A stretch of DNA of 64,000 nt from the human T2T-CHM13v2.0 reference genome, Homo sapiens, in NCBI RefSeq assembly GCF_009914755.1, contig NC_060927.1. The stretch is one strand, 5' to 3'. Of the stretch, positions 41,801 through 56,699 are shown piece after piece. Each line of letters starts with the position of its first letter. Position 1 is the first letter of the stretch. Made by a program: the position numbers and the translations under genes. Under the pieces are notes generated by a model. The model searched no databases. It worked only from the letters and a program-made list of their open reading frames with translations, and had not been told where the DNA came from.

Positions 41801-44700
41801 GTGTTTTATAATGGGGGAAATGTAAAAATGAATAAGACATTATGTCGAAACTAATTTTTTTGTTGTTGAATTTGCAAGGTACTCAAGCAGGCTGTGTATA
41901 AGCAGTAGAGAAAAAAGAAAGACCAAGTATTGTCTGCTTTTTAGAAGTTTAAATAAAACCACATGCCCTGGTTGATTATCTCATCATAACCAATGGCTGA
42001 TTTAGTTTAGATTCCTGATATAAAATGAAATATATGTGAATATTAAACACCCCAGGAATATTTAATATTTTATTTACTTCCAAGCAAAAATTACCTTTTA
42101 TGGTTTTGTACTTTAAATAAACTATTTTCATTCATATAGTACCTCAAACTTGGTTATATTGATAAGAAATATTAAAAACATGATAGTTTTAAAAGTATTG
42201 ATTTATTTTCTGAATAATTCTAAGTACTTTGCAGTAGAATTGAATAAATATTATTTTTCTAAATAGTCTAATTCAAGATCATTTTCCAAGTTTTAGTCTT
42301 CCTCTGTTAGTCATATATAGTGCCAGTAGTGTGCATATTAGCTAATACTTACACATTATTAGGCCTGAAAATATGAAAAGGATGTATAATCCTCAACATT
42401 TTTCTACTAGTTTTCAGGTAGGGACTTCTTATCAAAATATCTGTGTAGGTATTGATCACGATTAAGGGAAGTTTTTCATGAAAATACTTATTGTCAGAGC
42501 TCCCACTCATTAAGTTTCTATAATAAAACTGTAATTACTCACTGGTGGATTATGAATTATATAATGTGACATTTATTTAAGAATAAACTTTGGTCAGTGT
42601 ATTTACAAGTATATATCTGTCTATATCTACATCTGATTCTAAGTCTATAATAGTATCTCCAACTGCCTAAGATGATGTCAAAGGAGAGGGAGAACTGAAA
42701 ATATTATGTGTGAGGTGGAACTTAGAGAATGTTCAAAGGCAAATTATTCTACTACTGTGCAAACTCATTTTCAAGGCAGTGGCCCAAAATATTTAAAAGC
42801 TGGAAGTCATCTGTATCAACAAATGAGGAGAATATAAAATCAACCTGGGGTGGAGAGTTTGATTGCTGGTTCTGAGAGCTCTAGATAAAAAAAAACAAAA
42901 AACAACAACAAAAAAAAACAAGCCACTCCAAGATGAAGCAGTTCCACCATGAATGCTAAGTCTAAGACATGCACCTACAACTTGTTTATTTGCTTACCTG
43001 TCCACAAATCTAGCTTCCAGACTGTCCTCACCATCTGTGGAAGTTTCCTAATTTCATCAACACTAAGCAAGTCAATGCACACGTAAGGGATCAAGTCCCT
43101 TTTATAAAAAGGAAGGTAATAAACACCTTGTAAGGATGTTGCAGTCTCCAGCTCTTATTTCCCCCAACTAACTTTTCTTTAGTTTGGGTAAAACAACCTG
43201 CAAGCCAGAATGTGGAGAAACCTAAATTTCGGTTTCAAAAGTCAAATTCAAGACATGGTTACAGATAGAAAAGATTAGAGATAGAAAAGTGTACAACTTC
43301 TTCTGCCCTGACACAGCTGCTCAGAAAGTTCCTGAAAGCTCCTCATTCTTTCATTCTACATATTTGAGAACTCTAAGCCATCAGGGGACAGAAAGGAGAT
43401 GAGACATGGCCAGTGAGCTTTAGGACTTCCCAGTCTAGCTTAGAACTGAGGGCTGGAGGCAGAAGCTACAGATATTTATCCCAAAGGAGAAGATTCACAG
43501 TCCTTGTCTATAGTCTCAAATTGACAATAGCAGGCACATATAAAAACATGTCTCTCTTTTTATATTATATATATTATACATAACATAATAATATATATTA
43601 TGTATGTAAATATATATCTTTGTAGTCATAGGTCTCTCTATTAGCACTTTCCTTAAAAACTTGAGTACACATATACACACAATCATATTGAATTTTCTCT
43701 TTATCTGATTTCTGATTAATATTTATAGTACACAGAGACTCGAGGTATATACTTTTGTACTCATATCTTCTTGCTTCTGAAAACTTAAAGGCAGGAGTAT
43801 TCAGAGAACTGATGTCACTGTGGGCTCTACAGAAAAATATTTTCTCTTTCAAGAGGTAAAAGTATCTGACTTAAATACAAATAAGCTGAGAAAAACATTC
43901 ATAAGCTGTTTTTTTTTCTATATATACTTCCTAAAGTTTGTTTTAGTGAATCAAATTCATTGCTGCAGACTTGCAGTGATGTGGGGACACTGTTTCTTTT
44001 GTAAATACTAACTAGCCTACCTCCATGTGTTTTATAAGGGAAGCTAATTCTTATTTTAAAATTAAAGTGATGATACAATGAACCCAAAAGAAAACAAAAG
44101 AAAGGCTTCACAAAACCTCAGATGTACCATATACACAGAAAATTTTAGTGTTACATTACCATGATTTGCATTTAAAGCCTCATATACCCTATCTTTATTT
44201 GTAGACCCATATTGCCAATTCATAAAGGTACATTGGAAAGAACATAGAAAAAGCTATTTAGGAAGAAAAAATCACTCATAGGTAAATTGTAATTACTATT
44301 CTGACTTTTGGGCAGTGAAGTCTTTTTCCAGGCACAGGAGGAGATCACCAGTGTGAACTCATTGTCCTTGTGAATTGGAGAGGATGGTGTTGTTTGGATG
44401 AGTTACTGAAGGGAAGTTTGTGAGAGGACAGATACCTGGTGCCTGGGTCGTGCTGGGTAAGCTCACGTTTTGTTTATAAAGCAGCCTCCCCGAAAAAAAA
44501 GAACTTCCATTTCCAGTTGTCTAGCAGAGGCTAAAATCATACTTCTCTTTAAGTAGTACGTGATTTATATATTAACCTAAGTAATTTCCCTCTTTTCTAT
44601 TTATTGCAAAAGTGATTCCAATAGGCACTTCATGGACTAGCTCACCTTTCTTCAGTTTTGTTTACTTACTTCAAATTAAGTGTGTAACAATGTGAATTCT

Positions 44701-44915
<215 letters not shown>

Positions 44916-46899
44916 TGAGACATTTGTTCTCCCTTTTATTGCTGAAATTCAGACTAGACCCGAGGCCTTGTTTCTATGGATGCAGCAGTTGTTGTCAGAG
45001 TTATTTCAACTGCAAACAGACTTTTCAATTCTCATGCCTTTGTGCAAGCTTCATAGTTTTAAGCCTTATCTTGGGCTTTTCTTCTTTTTTCTTTGATCTT
45101 ATGCCAGGAAAATCTTAAAAGGCAAAGTGAATTTGTGGCGTTTGCTCATTTTTAACTTTGCAATTCCAAGACAGAAATATCAGAAGCTTCAAAAACCTTT
45201 ACCCTGGCTAAAGTGGCAGTCACCAACTGCAGAAGCACATGCAATATGAACTTACTTTCCGTATGATTGCATATGAGTGTGCGCATTTCTGATGTCATGT
45301 CTATATTTCTACTGATGGAAACTTTAAAACTGGAAGATAATGTGGAGGAAGAGAAAGAAATATTATACCAGTTAGAAACTACTTTTAAAAGACAAGAGTT
45401 GCAAATTTTAGCTCGTGCAAATTTTTGAAGGAGGCAAGTGCTGATGATGCCTTTTTTGGTGTAAAGTTTCTATAGAAGTAGACAAAATATATTTTACATA
45501 AAGGAAACCCTTCTGCAACTTCTTTTGATAATGTTTTAAAATTATTACTGAGGGTGTTAGGAATAACAAAGAATATCAGTTGGATATAGCATTCCCAATT
45601 TAACATGACAAGTGTAGCTGGGAATGAAGTAAGTTGGAAGTAGCACTGTTTTTTTGTTTGTTTATTTTTGTTTTGTTTTTGTACATGCCATTTGGATTTT
45701 TCTCCTTTTCTGCCTTTCAGAGATGGTAAAGGGGTTAGGTAGTATACTTAGTCATAAGGAGATTTTGTAAGTTGAAACTTAAATAAATTTAGTGCTTTCA
45801 GTCTTTTGGAAGAATAAGTCAAACCTGAGTTCTGAGTTGGGCAAAGAAAAAGAGCAGGATGCTGTCAGGCATGGTATCAGATTTCACATTCTTACTTAAT
45901 TTGTGACTTGCCCAGCCTGAGACTAGGCAGCCACCTGCTTCTGTGAGAATCTGTAGGATTCTAAGAAACTTCTCATTGGCCTCATACTTGTCAATTCTCA
46001 CTGGAGAATAGTCCAATTCTGGCCCTCACTTCTTTAGCGATCTTATTCAGAGAAGAAAAATAAAATAAGGATTATAAAATGCAGTCTCTTAAGGAAGAAG
46101 AAAAATAAGAGGATGTTTTAGTTTCAAGAAAAGTAATTTGAATAGAGACTTGATTGAGTTATTTCTACAGAGCTCAGTGAGCAGATATTCTTAGGTTCAA
46201 GACAACCGGAACTGGTTTTAAAGTGCAGCACAGGAGCTTTGAATGAGAATGATCTAACCGCAAGGATAACACACAGGCAGAAACCAAGCTTTGGAATAAT
46301 TGCCCCAGTAGAGGAGATAATGTGATATTCATTTATTTAAAAAGGTCACTTGCTGACTCTTTAAGATCTTTTGAACCTGTCTCTCTATTACAGCTTGGGG
46401 TTAATCTCTGGACATTTTTCATTTGTTGATTTTCTTCTGTAGAATGCAGAAGTTCTGTTAGCCACTTGCACTATAATCCAAGTCATGATGTTAAAAACTA
46501 AAAAGGCTAAATTAACTATATTTTAGTGTATTTCCTTAGTGAATTTCACCTAGCCCATGTTTTCTTGTCTCCTACAGCAGAATTAAATATTCTCAAGCAC
46601 TGGCATAATGCATGTTACACCTGTGATGAGGATGAACAAAAATTGAGAGATATTAGAAGGCTGTACCAATGCAATAACATTCTATAAAACATTGGTACAA
46701 TTTGTGTACTTGTGTATGCTAAATGTCATATAAGACCATAAGACCTACTTTGGGTTATGAATTTTATTTCACGACTTTTAAGGCTCCCAGAAAAAGCCAA
46801 AGCTGCCCAAACTGCCAACATTTAGTCAAATCCAGGGGCAGTAAACGGGGGTGGCAATTTCTTTGTATGATCAAATGTGGTCATAGAAATCCTCAAGTC

Positions 46900-47040
46900 T
46901 GGTTCCCCAATCTTACACATGAGGAAAGTTGGAGCTCAAGATAGTGAGGTAAATGGCCTATTATTACAGTGATATTTAGTGGTAGAAAGGTGACAAGTGT
47001 CCATCTTCCTAAATTCAGAGTATTGTCTTTTGTACTATCT
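46900..47040 (-). mobile_element. MIR fragment
   Basis: CCCCAATCTTACACATGAGGAAAGTTGGAGCTCAAG...GGTAAATGGCCT...TAGTGGTAGA. Confidence 0.65.
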
Positions 47041-48106
47041 CTCAGTTTCCCTCAAAGAACAAGGCACAATAATTTAAGAACATGTTTCTTTATGTAGGAT
47101 AACATAAAGAGCTTTCACGGATTAAAGGTACAAAGTATGTCCTAAATGAATAATTTTCACCGAGAAAAAAAATCAGTTGAATTATATTAGATTTGGAGAA
47201 GGAAAAGATATTTTATCTTTTTTTAAAAATTGTTTTCCTGTAAATTTCCCTTTCAAGGAATACAGACAAGTGACAGAGATAGGCTTGTTTATAAGACCTG
47301 AAGCCAGTCCTCAGAATGTCATTGCATTGGGTTGGCCTTAAAACACCTTTCAATTTTTGTTCATCCTCTTCACAGGTGTAACATGCATTTATTGTATTGT
47401 TTGAGAATACTTAATTATGCTGTAGAAGACAAGAAGACATGGGCTGGATGAAACTCATAAAATGTGTTAAGTATAAATAAGTAATAGATAGAGCACCAAG
47501 AGATAATGTATAATCATGAGTCACTGTGAATTATACATGAGGCACCTGAACACTAAATATTCGTGATATAAAAAACATATAAGAAACACTTTTCTGGGTA
47601 CAGTAAGTATACATGAGCACTCAATATGGAAGAGATCTTAATTTAGTCACCCGTTGGTGACATCATTTTGGTTGCATGTGTCTTCTACCAAGGAAACACA
47701 AATAAAACCCATGGCTATTTATTAGGTTAATTGGTAAGCTACAGCTATGGCCAGACATACTTGTCCCTTTGTCTTGCCAATGTGTATCATTGGTCCAGGG
47801 CACCTATAATTCATGGACAGTTTTACTCAATATCTCAACTCTGATTTTCTTAACCACAACAGTGGGGTGATTGGGAGGCTGATCTAGCAGAGAAAGGGGA
47901 CAGAAAATATGAGCATAATGTTCAGTGTTCAAGATTCAAGTAGTATGCTTGCACCCTATCTTAACCGTGTTGACTTACTTTATCTCCTTTTTCTTACATC
48001 ATCTTTTGCTTCTTATCATGTGTTTTAAATTTCTTTAATAAGCCATGTGATTTGAATATTTTAATTTGGTCTGTTAACTACTCTGTTCCTTTATTTCAAG
48101 AATGAT

Positions 48107-48612
48107 ACATTAGTTTCTGTTGCTGCTGTATCAAATTACCACACATTTTAGAGCTTTAAAACAATACAAAATTGTTATCTTACAGTTCTAAAAGTCAGAG
48201 CCCCAAAATGGATCTCACTGGCCTAAAAGTGAGATGCCAACAGGTCTGTGTTATTTTCTGGCAGCTTTAGGGAAACATCTCTTTTCTTGCTTTGTCCATC
48301 TTCTACAGCCTGCTCCCCTTCCTTGGCTAGTAGCCACCTCCATTTCCAAAGCCATTAATAGCAGATTAGGTCTTTCTCAGAACACTCTCTCTGGTTCTGA
48401 CCTTTCTGTCTCCATCTTCCCCATTTAATCACCCTCGTGATTACATTGAGCCCACTTGTGTAATAGGATATAATCTCTTTAAAACAAGAAACTAGCAACC
48501 TCAATTCTATCTGTAAGCTTAATTCTCCCTTGCCATGTAACCATATATGATATCTGGTCGTGGATTTGAATATGGACATTTTTGGAGGCCATTATTCATT
48601 CTGTCTACTACA
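48107..48612 (-). mobile_element. MLT1D-like MaLR LTR
   Basis: ATTAGTTTCTGTTGCTGCTGTATCAAATTACCACA...TTATCTTACAGTTCT...GTGATTACATTGAGCCCAC...TTAATTCTCCCTTGCCATGTAAC...GGCCATTATTC...CTACTACA. Confidence 0.85.
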
Positions 48613-48904
48613 GATAGCTTCCTGGGTGGTGTATCTGGAAGCTACCATTGCATCAAGACAATTTTTTCACCTTATTATTGGTCTTATTAATTTAACAATC
48701 TTTCATTCATTTAATATTGAATTGTTACCACGTGCATTGCTGGGCTAAGGAATCCACTTCTCAAGGCCATGCTTCCTTAGCCTCCAAACAAAACCAGAAT
48801 GCTTATAGCCTTATTGTGGCCTTTTCACTCATACTCCAGCTGATCGCAGAGCTATAGGTGAAAAATTAAACTCCCATATTAATTGGAGTTATTCACTCAA
48901 AACA

Positions 48905-49005
48905 CGAATGATTAACTATCCTGGTTTGCCTGTGAATGAGAGGTTTCTCATAATGACCTTCAGTACTAAAACCAAGACAGTCCTGAGTAAACTGGAGCAT
49001 CAAAC
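48905..49005 (+). mobile_element. MER94-like hAT-Blackjack MITE relic
   Basis: AACTATCCTGGTTTGCCTGTGAATGAGAGGTTTCTC...CTTCAGTACTAAAACCAAGACAGTCCTGAGTAAACTGG is collinear with the remembered MER94 consensus after CpG decay. Confidence 0.65.
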
Positions 49006-51297
49006 CTCTCTTTACCCTTCCTGCCCATCCATCCAGTGGCTGCTATCAGCCCCTGGAATTAGAGACAATTTTACTGTGGTTGTCAGTGTTGGTCAATAAA
49101 TCAAAAAAACATGGCTCAGAGGCTTAAATATTTATGGGCCTGTGAGCATATCACGTAGTCTTTAGCTGTTCCTATATTTGCTGAGCAGAAGAAAAATGTG
49201 TTTGAACAGATTATTACAAAATTTTCTTGTCATTCTAAAACAATATGATGTTTTTATTTTTGGTGAAATTATTACTAAGCACTGAAGTCAGTTACAAACA
49301 AGTTTAATGTTAGGGCTGTTGTTCTCCTGTTAACAGATTTCTGACTAGCCGTGGACAGAGTAGCCATATAAGGGCCCCCTTTGGGTTTTGACTATTTACA
49401 CAGAAAGTACTTTGGCTTTTTATAGAGTCTTTCCAGATCCAAGCAAATATTTAAAATTTGGGGCATGTAAAGCTTTTAAAAAGAGTGAGCAAGCATATAA
49501 TTAGGCTTGAGTTTTTTTCATGGCCCAAGGCAAGGCTTATTCCAAGATGTTCCAAAGTTCTGTAAGTATTTATAACATGTTTGCATGTGCATTTGTGGCA
49601 ACATGGCTGTTTTCTAAACACTTTTTTTTTTTTGCTATATCACAAATGGAAATATAAATCCCCGATTCAACAGAGTATTCTAGAAAGCAGATACATTTAG
49701 ATATAACAAAGAGATAGTAAACCTACATTCTTTAGCTGTACATGTATAAAGAAGGGGTTTTAAGAAAACAATTGATCATTAATGTTTGCACAGTGTGAAA
49801 TTATACTATGTAGAGTTTGAGATGGAGGTGAAAAAGAGTATTTAAATACAGCTGAGGGGAGTCCTATTACATCCTTTGGGAATGCACATCCTTCAGGAAG
49901 GGAGTTCAAGAAATTAAGTAAAACTCTGTGGCTACTTATAGTTGTTAGGAAGAATAGCCCTTTGTTTGTGTTACCTGTTTAACTCCTGCCTACTGTGTAC
50001 ATCCTAATTCCTGGGACTCCCCACCCCCATCCCCCCAGCCAAAACCATGTATCCCAAACAGCTCCCAGAGGAGACACAGACGTCTGCTTTCTTTTAGGAT
50101 ATCCCATTATCAGCTAACTTAAATTCCTATGGCAAGGAATTCAAAAGGGTGGCTTATCACTAAACAATGTATATGTCCTCCTTAAGCTTGCCTACACTGC
50201 TGTGTATGTGTGAGAATCCCTGACCATCCCTATAAACAGAGGCAGGAAGTCTGGGCTAAGAGCCAAAAGGTTATTTACAATTTTTGTTTTGTTTACCTTT
50301 TCCCCATATAATACCAATAGGAGAATAGGCAAAAATGAAGATGGAAAGACCCATGAAGCACTCGAGTTTGGATTGTAAGAAGGAATTCACTATTCTAGCC
50401 CTGTTGCCTAGGGCTCATCTCTCTTGCCTGTAGTGGGGAGAGTTGGAAAATATAAATGGAACTTTCTGCCGTTTGTTCCCCTGTTGCTTATTCATTTCTT
50501 CTGAACTTCAGTAATTATGAGCTGGCCTTCACAGTGACTTGCTTTATATTTACTTACTTATTTTAAACCTCGTTCTTTGTTTTTGATTGTCTCCTGCTTA
50601 TGGTGTGGCAACATGTGGGAAAATGGGCCTTTAGAAGTTAGACAAAATTGCCATATCAAAAAAGGAAATGGATAGATGTTTCCAGATAAGACTGGGACCT
50701 TCACAACACACAGCATAATCAAATAGATGCAGGAACAAGCACACTTGATCCACAGATAAAAATTGCCAATAAGCCTGGGGTTTTGACATGTGTGGTCAGA
50801 ATGAGTTTCATCAATGGGTGTCAAATTTAAGACCCCTTGAGGACTGAGAGCCTCATACATCTCCTGTATACTTACTTAGTCCCCACGTTGGGCCCTCTAT
50901 CTTTAGCACTCAGATATTCTGCTTTACTTTATCTATGTTGGCCTCGTCCTATCATCTTATTTTGTTTTTGTTTAAGACATTAAACAAATCCATTCCATTT
51001 GTTTTGTGTTATATAGAATTGAATATTTGCAACTAATATAGCAAATGCACATTATGCTTCACTAGAAAATATGTATGAAGTATATGATCATTTTTTTCTA
51101 TAATGTAAATGTGTGGAGCATACTTCCTGTCTTTATTTATTAATGATCTTATTTTACAAGTTTTCTCTGATTTTGTTAAAGTAGTAGTTGGATTATATAA
51201 ATATTTCTAGTATTGTTAAACAAAAAGGCTTAAAATTATGAAAAGAACACATATTTTACTATCTTTTTATTATGTTTAGATGAATAATTGCAGTCTC

Positions 51298-51620
51298 TTC
51301 TCATTCATTCAACACATATTTTTTGAGGGCCTAAAATCACAATCTACTGTTAAAGACAGTAAATGGTAACAAAGACATGTATACCACAAAATGTAGTACA
51401 CATTGTAACACAAGTGGGAAGATTCCAATTTTAGAAAAATGTGTTGGTTACGGTGAGGGAGTCGAGAGGTACACTGCAGAAGGCCTTCTAAGAAGGTAGC
51501 ATTTGGCCTGAAAAGAAGAGTCAGCCACACCAAGAGAGGGGAAAAGAACATTTTAATTTTAAATTCAAACAGCTGGAAGCATAAATATTTAAGTCGGTGT
51601 GGTCTAATAACTGTCATGGC
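51298..51620 (-). mobile_element. L2 3' fragment
   Basis: TCATTCATTCAACACATATTTTTTGAGGGCCTA...GAAGGCCTTCTAAGAAGGTAGCATTTGGCCTGA. Confidence 0.6.
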
Positions 51621-54301
51621 TAAATAAGATGCTGAATATTTGCATCTAACGTTCTCTGTATCCTTCACTAACCCAAACATCATTTGGAGTTTGTCTAGGC
51701 AGAGTTCAGATTCAGTCTTGTTGTCAGATGAGACTTAGCACGTTGCCTTCTAAATCAGATGACTGCTTTCAAATCTGGGTCCTGCCTATTAACTGTCTCT
51801 TGAACAGGTAAATCATGGGAGAACATTTCACTGGTAGTGTTGCCAAGGAAACAAGCCTATCTTCACTTTTAAGAAATATGTTTGTAACAGGGACAACTGT
51901 CCAACCCACATGACTGTGGTGCTCATTTATGGTGATGGAGTGAGGGTAAGAACAGTGGGATGAGGGAATGGTATGGGGAGGAAGAAACAATCACCTCTTT
52001 TCATACAGAATATGAAGTCTATTATATTTTATTTAGAGATTCAAAAAGGAAAGCCATCGCCAAAATCTAGTGCCAAAATATGCCTGATTATGTGGCCATC
52101 CCTAGGCAAAATTTAAAATAGAAATGAGGGAGTTTAGTTCAGAAGGCTTAATTGATTAATTAAGTAATTAATTTTCAATGAACTATAGATTTCTCATTGT
52201 GAGCAAATAACAGTGGTGTCGTATTTTGTTCATATTTGATTGACAAACCATATTAAAACTTGCCTGAGTAAAAATCTTAATACACCAGGCTTTATACCAT
52301 TAAAGTCTGGAAGGCTAAAGATGATACTTTTGGCCTTTATTCCAATTACTCTAACTTCAATTTCATCAAATAGAACTATATATAGCTTAGAATGGCAAAT
52401 GCAATTACTTCTATTTGAACATAGGTTTCTGACACTCCATATGCTTACAGAGGGTGGCCAGCCTTGACAACACTGACCCTGTAGTCAGTGGTCCTGTGGT
52501 CTCATGTTGTTTCCTTGGCAACCAGGAATAATTGAACTTTGTGTTTTGCAGAGAAGTTTGCAAAGGAATCTGAATCTGATATCTGGAGATTAAATTCTAA
52601 TAGAAGGCTCTGTCAATAAATTTTTTATCTGCTGAGAACTGGTATAGAACTAACACTGTTATGGGTACAATGGGAGAACCAAATAATTACAAATGGGAGA
52701 GCCAAAGAATTACACAAACTCTTTCTGGGCTAGAAAGAACAGATACAAAAATCAGAAATTTATTTTTAAGAGTATGTGTCTAAAGCCTAAAGACCTCTCA
52801 AAATCTCACATTCTCAGTCTCAAATAACCAAACGTTTACTTACCTTATTTTTTCTTTCAAGTTCCATAATTTCTCCACTGATATAGGAACAGGGGTAATA
52901 AATGATAGCCATTTTAAGGTTACATATGAGGAAAATGTGTGTAGGGAGCATCTAGCTTTAAAAGTGGACTTTAGAACTCTGAAATCACATAGAAGGAAAA
53001 CTCATGGAGGCTATTGTAACCAGGTTGTATGAACTGAGGGCATTTTAAGATCTACTGAGTAATACCACGTTATGAAGTACTTATGGTTCTCCCACAAAAC
53101 TACCACTGATGTTAAAAATAAAGCAAGCATTGGTGTCACCGCAATGAGAAAGCTAGGGTGACTCATTTCTAACATAGCTATCTAAAGACTGGGTTCTTGT
53201 CGATGTCCTACTAAGGAAAGTCATTTAAATATGGGCAGCAGCAAATCCCAGCCACAGAATTTTGCAATAGTTTTGAGCTTTGAAACTTACAATTTGGTTT
53301 GGGGTCCAGGAGGAGAAACTCATGGAACTGTTACAGAGTAATACAATTTAAGTATGATAAAACATCAACTTTAATATAATTGCCTCAAAATGTATTATTT
53401 TCCAGAATAAAGATTTTAGAAGCATATTTCAAATACCTTGTTTTTCAAATTAATATCTAGTTACATTGAATATCTACTGAAATATGCATGTACTTGCTAC
53501 AGGTTATTTTTTACATAGAAATTTATATTTATCCAGTTAGTTCTGTAACCCAAATATCTGTGGATTAGATAGCCACTATCAACCAAATGATGAGATCTCA
53601 CTTTCTTTTCTTGGCCCCTACCTGACCCTTCCTTGGACAAAGGCAGCTTTCCTGTAGAATATTTGGTTTAAATGGGGTCTGTCTCCCTCCTGATCTGGAG
53701 TAGGGTGTGCTGCAATCTGTTCTTCCCTGACACCGGGCTCTTCCTGATCACTCCATGGTTTCTGCCTAGAACTACAGAATTAGCAATGTCCCTTCAACAA
53801 TACTTTTGCCATTACATAAACTTCTAATACTGGGTTTTAATGCATAATGTGATTAATGGATGTTTTGAGCATAACCACAGGGAATTACAACAATGTGGGG
53901 AGAGTAGACCTGGAAATGAGATGTTAAGATGATATTTCTAGATTCTAAGAATAGAAGATGAAAGAAGCTCAAACCCCATCTTTTGGTTTCCCTCTAGGGA
54001 ACACCCCAGTTCCTGACTTTGATTTCTTTTCTTGTAGTCATCCTAAGAGAGCCCACTTTCTTCTATTCACAGTGAAAATGTGTGCCTCTTTAGGAACATC
54101 CCACTGGCTATACACTTCCCCAGGACATTCCTGCCAGGGCATTATCCTTCCACCAGGATAATACTTCATGGCTGTCTATTTGCAATATCTGAGTCATGTA
54201 ACTGGAATAATAGCATGCAGGTTTTTAGTAATAGTTTGAGGAAAAGAGGGGGAGTTGGATGAGTTGCCTCACAGCAAACAGGTGTTTAAAATGGGTGTCA
54301 G

Positions 54302-54597
54302 GGCCAGGCGTGGTGGCTCATGCCTGTAATCCCAGCAATTTGGGCGGCCTAGACAGGCCCCTACTTGAGCTCAGGAGTTTGAGACCAACCCAGGCAACAT
54401 GCCTAAACCCCGTCTCTAGAAAAAATACAGAAAATTAGAGGGGAGTGGTGGCCAGTGGCTGTAGTCCTAGCTAAGCAGGAGGCTGAAATGGGAGAATTGC
54501 CTGAGGCCAGGGAGATCGAGGTTCCAGTGAGCAGTGATGGCACCATTGTACTCCAGCCTAGGCAAGAGAGAGATACCCTGTTTCAAAAAAACAAAAT
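54302..54597 (+). mobile_element. AluJ
   Basis: Diverged full dimer with J-type CTTGAGCTCAGGAGTTTGAGACC, TCGAGGTTCCAGTGAGC and ACCCTGTTTC. Degenerate TSD AAATGG(GTG/CTT)TCA. Confidence 0.88.
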
Positions 54598-55437
54598 TAA
54601 ATTAAATGGCTTTCAGGGCCCCTGGATTCCTCTCCCACTCCCATCCAACTTTGATATTCTGTTATTCTCTCCTGCTAGTAAATTACTCTTAGACAAAAAA
54701 CACACTCATATATGCACAAACACTCAAACACATGCATTCTTAAAAAATATGTATCTCAAAGAAAAAATGGTATCAGTTTAAGATGAAATCAGCTTAAGAT
54801 CAATCATAACTTTCACTGTGGGAGCAGACAGTGTTAAAAGTTGCATTGCCTTTAGGATGATGGCCCTTAACACGGTTGTTTCTTTGTCCTCTTTTCTCTC
54901 ATTTTTAGCTTCCAGACTCTGCCTGTGGAGAAAATTTCTTATAAGGCACAGCAAATTCATATTTAAAGAAACAAAATAGCAGCTTTTCTCTCTTTAACAT
55001 AAATTTAATGTGGAGACCCTTCCTTATGTTCCAAATGCTGATTATGGGAAACATTGTTTATTCCAGATGAGGTAGTGTGATGTTATTTCATCCATCAGAG
55101 AGACAGCAGGCCCCTTTCAGAGCTCTAGGATCTGAATTTGCCTGACATGGGAAACTTTTATCTGACTGATATTGACTTTGCTCCCTCTCTGAGACTATCT
55201 CAGGAATTTATGAACAAGTATTGATTTATTTTATGATCGCAGTTTGGTGTTTGAAACCAGAAGGTTCCTGGCTGGCTTCCTTGGACTACCTGGTATTTTC
55301 CATATGAAGTCATTTGGAGGACTTCAAATTGATCTAAACCATAAAGAAACTCCCCAAAAGGAAAATTCTCCAGAGCCATAAATAAAATGTACACAATATT
55401 TGGAACACTTTTGGATTCTCTTTGACTTTTTTAATTT

Positions 55438-55765
<328 letters not shown>

Positions 55766-55939
55766 TGATATATGTTTTGTATGTAACCACGAGATCGCCC
55801 AACCTTGCTATGCCTGTGGCTACAAATAGGACGTATATAAATTTATACCACATTACAATGGCTCCATACTCAACATTCCTCAAGCAAGATATTTAGTCCT
55901 TCAGAATAAACCCTACTTACATCAGGAAATCCCGCCCCC

Positions 55940-55944
<5 letters not shown>

Positions 55945-55980
<36 letters not shown>
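55945..55980. repeat. Isolated poly(A)36 tract
   Basis: 36 consecutive A with no retroelement body recognisable upstream. Confidence 0.95.
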
Positions 55981-55982
<2 letters not shown>

Positions 55983-56348
55983 TGTCCCTTATGCCAGTGA
56001 GTCAGATGTAATTATCACACAAATACCTGCCAAATCTATCTTTTCTTATCTGGCTGCTCCTTCTAAGTAAGCTCAGTTACCTGCAAAGCTGTTACAAGGA
56101 AACTTATTGCACTCCCTACTGAAGGTGACCCACCATAAGCATCTTTGTTTCTGCCATGGGCTGCCATCTCCTACTAATCTCCAGTTCTTCGTGTAGAAAG
56201 GAGCTGTTGAGATCAGTGCAACAGAGGGAGAATGTCCTATTTCGCCACATCGCGGCAGTGACTCACAATGACCCTCCTGGAAACAATTTCTTAAAATTTT
56301 ATCAGTGTCCTAGAATTTCATGATATTTTATAAATATATCACTATTAG

Positions 56349-56699
<351 letters not shown>

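Noticed and set aside
45231-45290. Possible pre-miRNA hairpin (GCACA-TGCAAT ... ATTGCA ... TGTGC)
   Set aside because: The stems are short and separated by large asymmetric bulges; not a convincing Drosha substrate without folding or expression data.
50228-50252. TATAAA followed by ETS motif CAGGAAGT as a promoter
   Set aside because: Short motifs like these are expected by chance in 64 kb, and there is no CpG island or downstream gene evidence.
52672-52716. Short imperfect duplication of about 24 bp (AATGGGAGA.CCAAA.AATTACA), and similar ones at 10014-10034 and 28500-28528
   Set aside because: Ordinary slippage duplications with no further structure.
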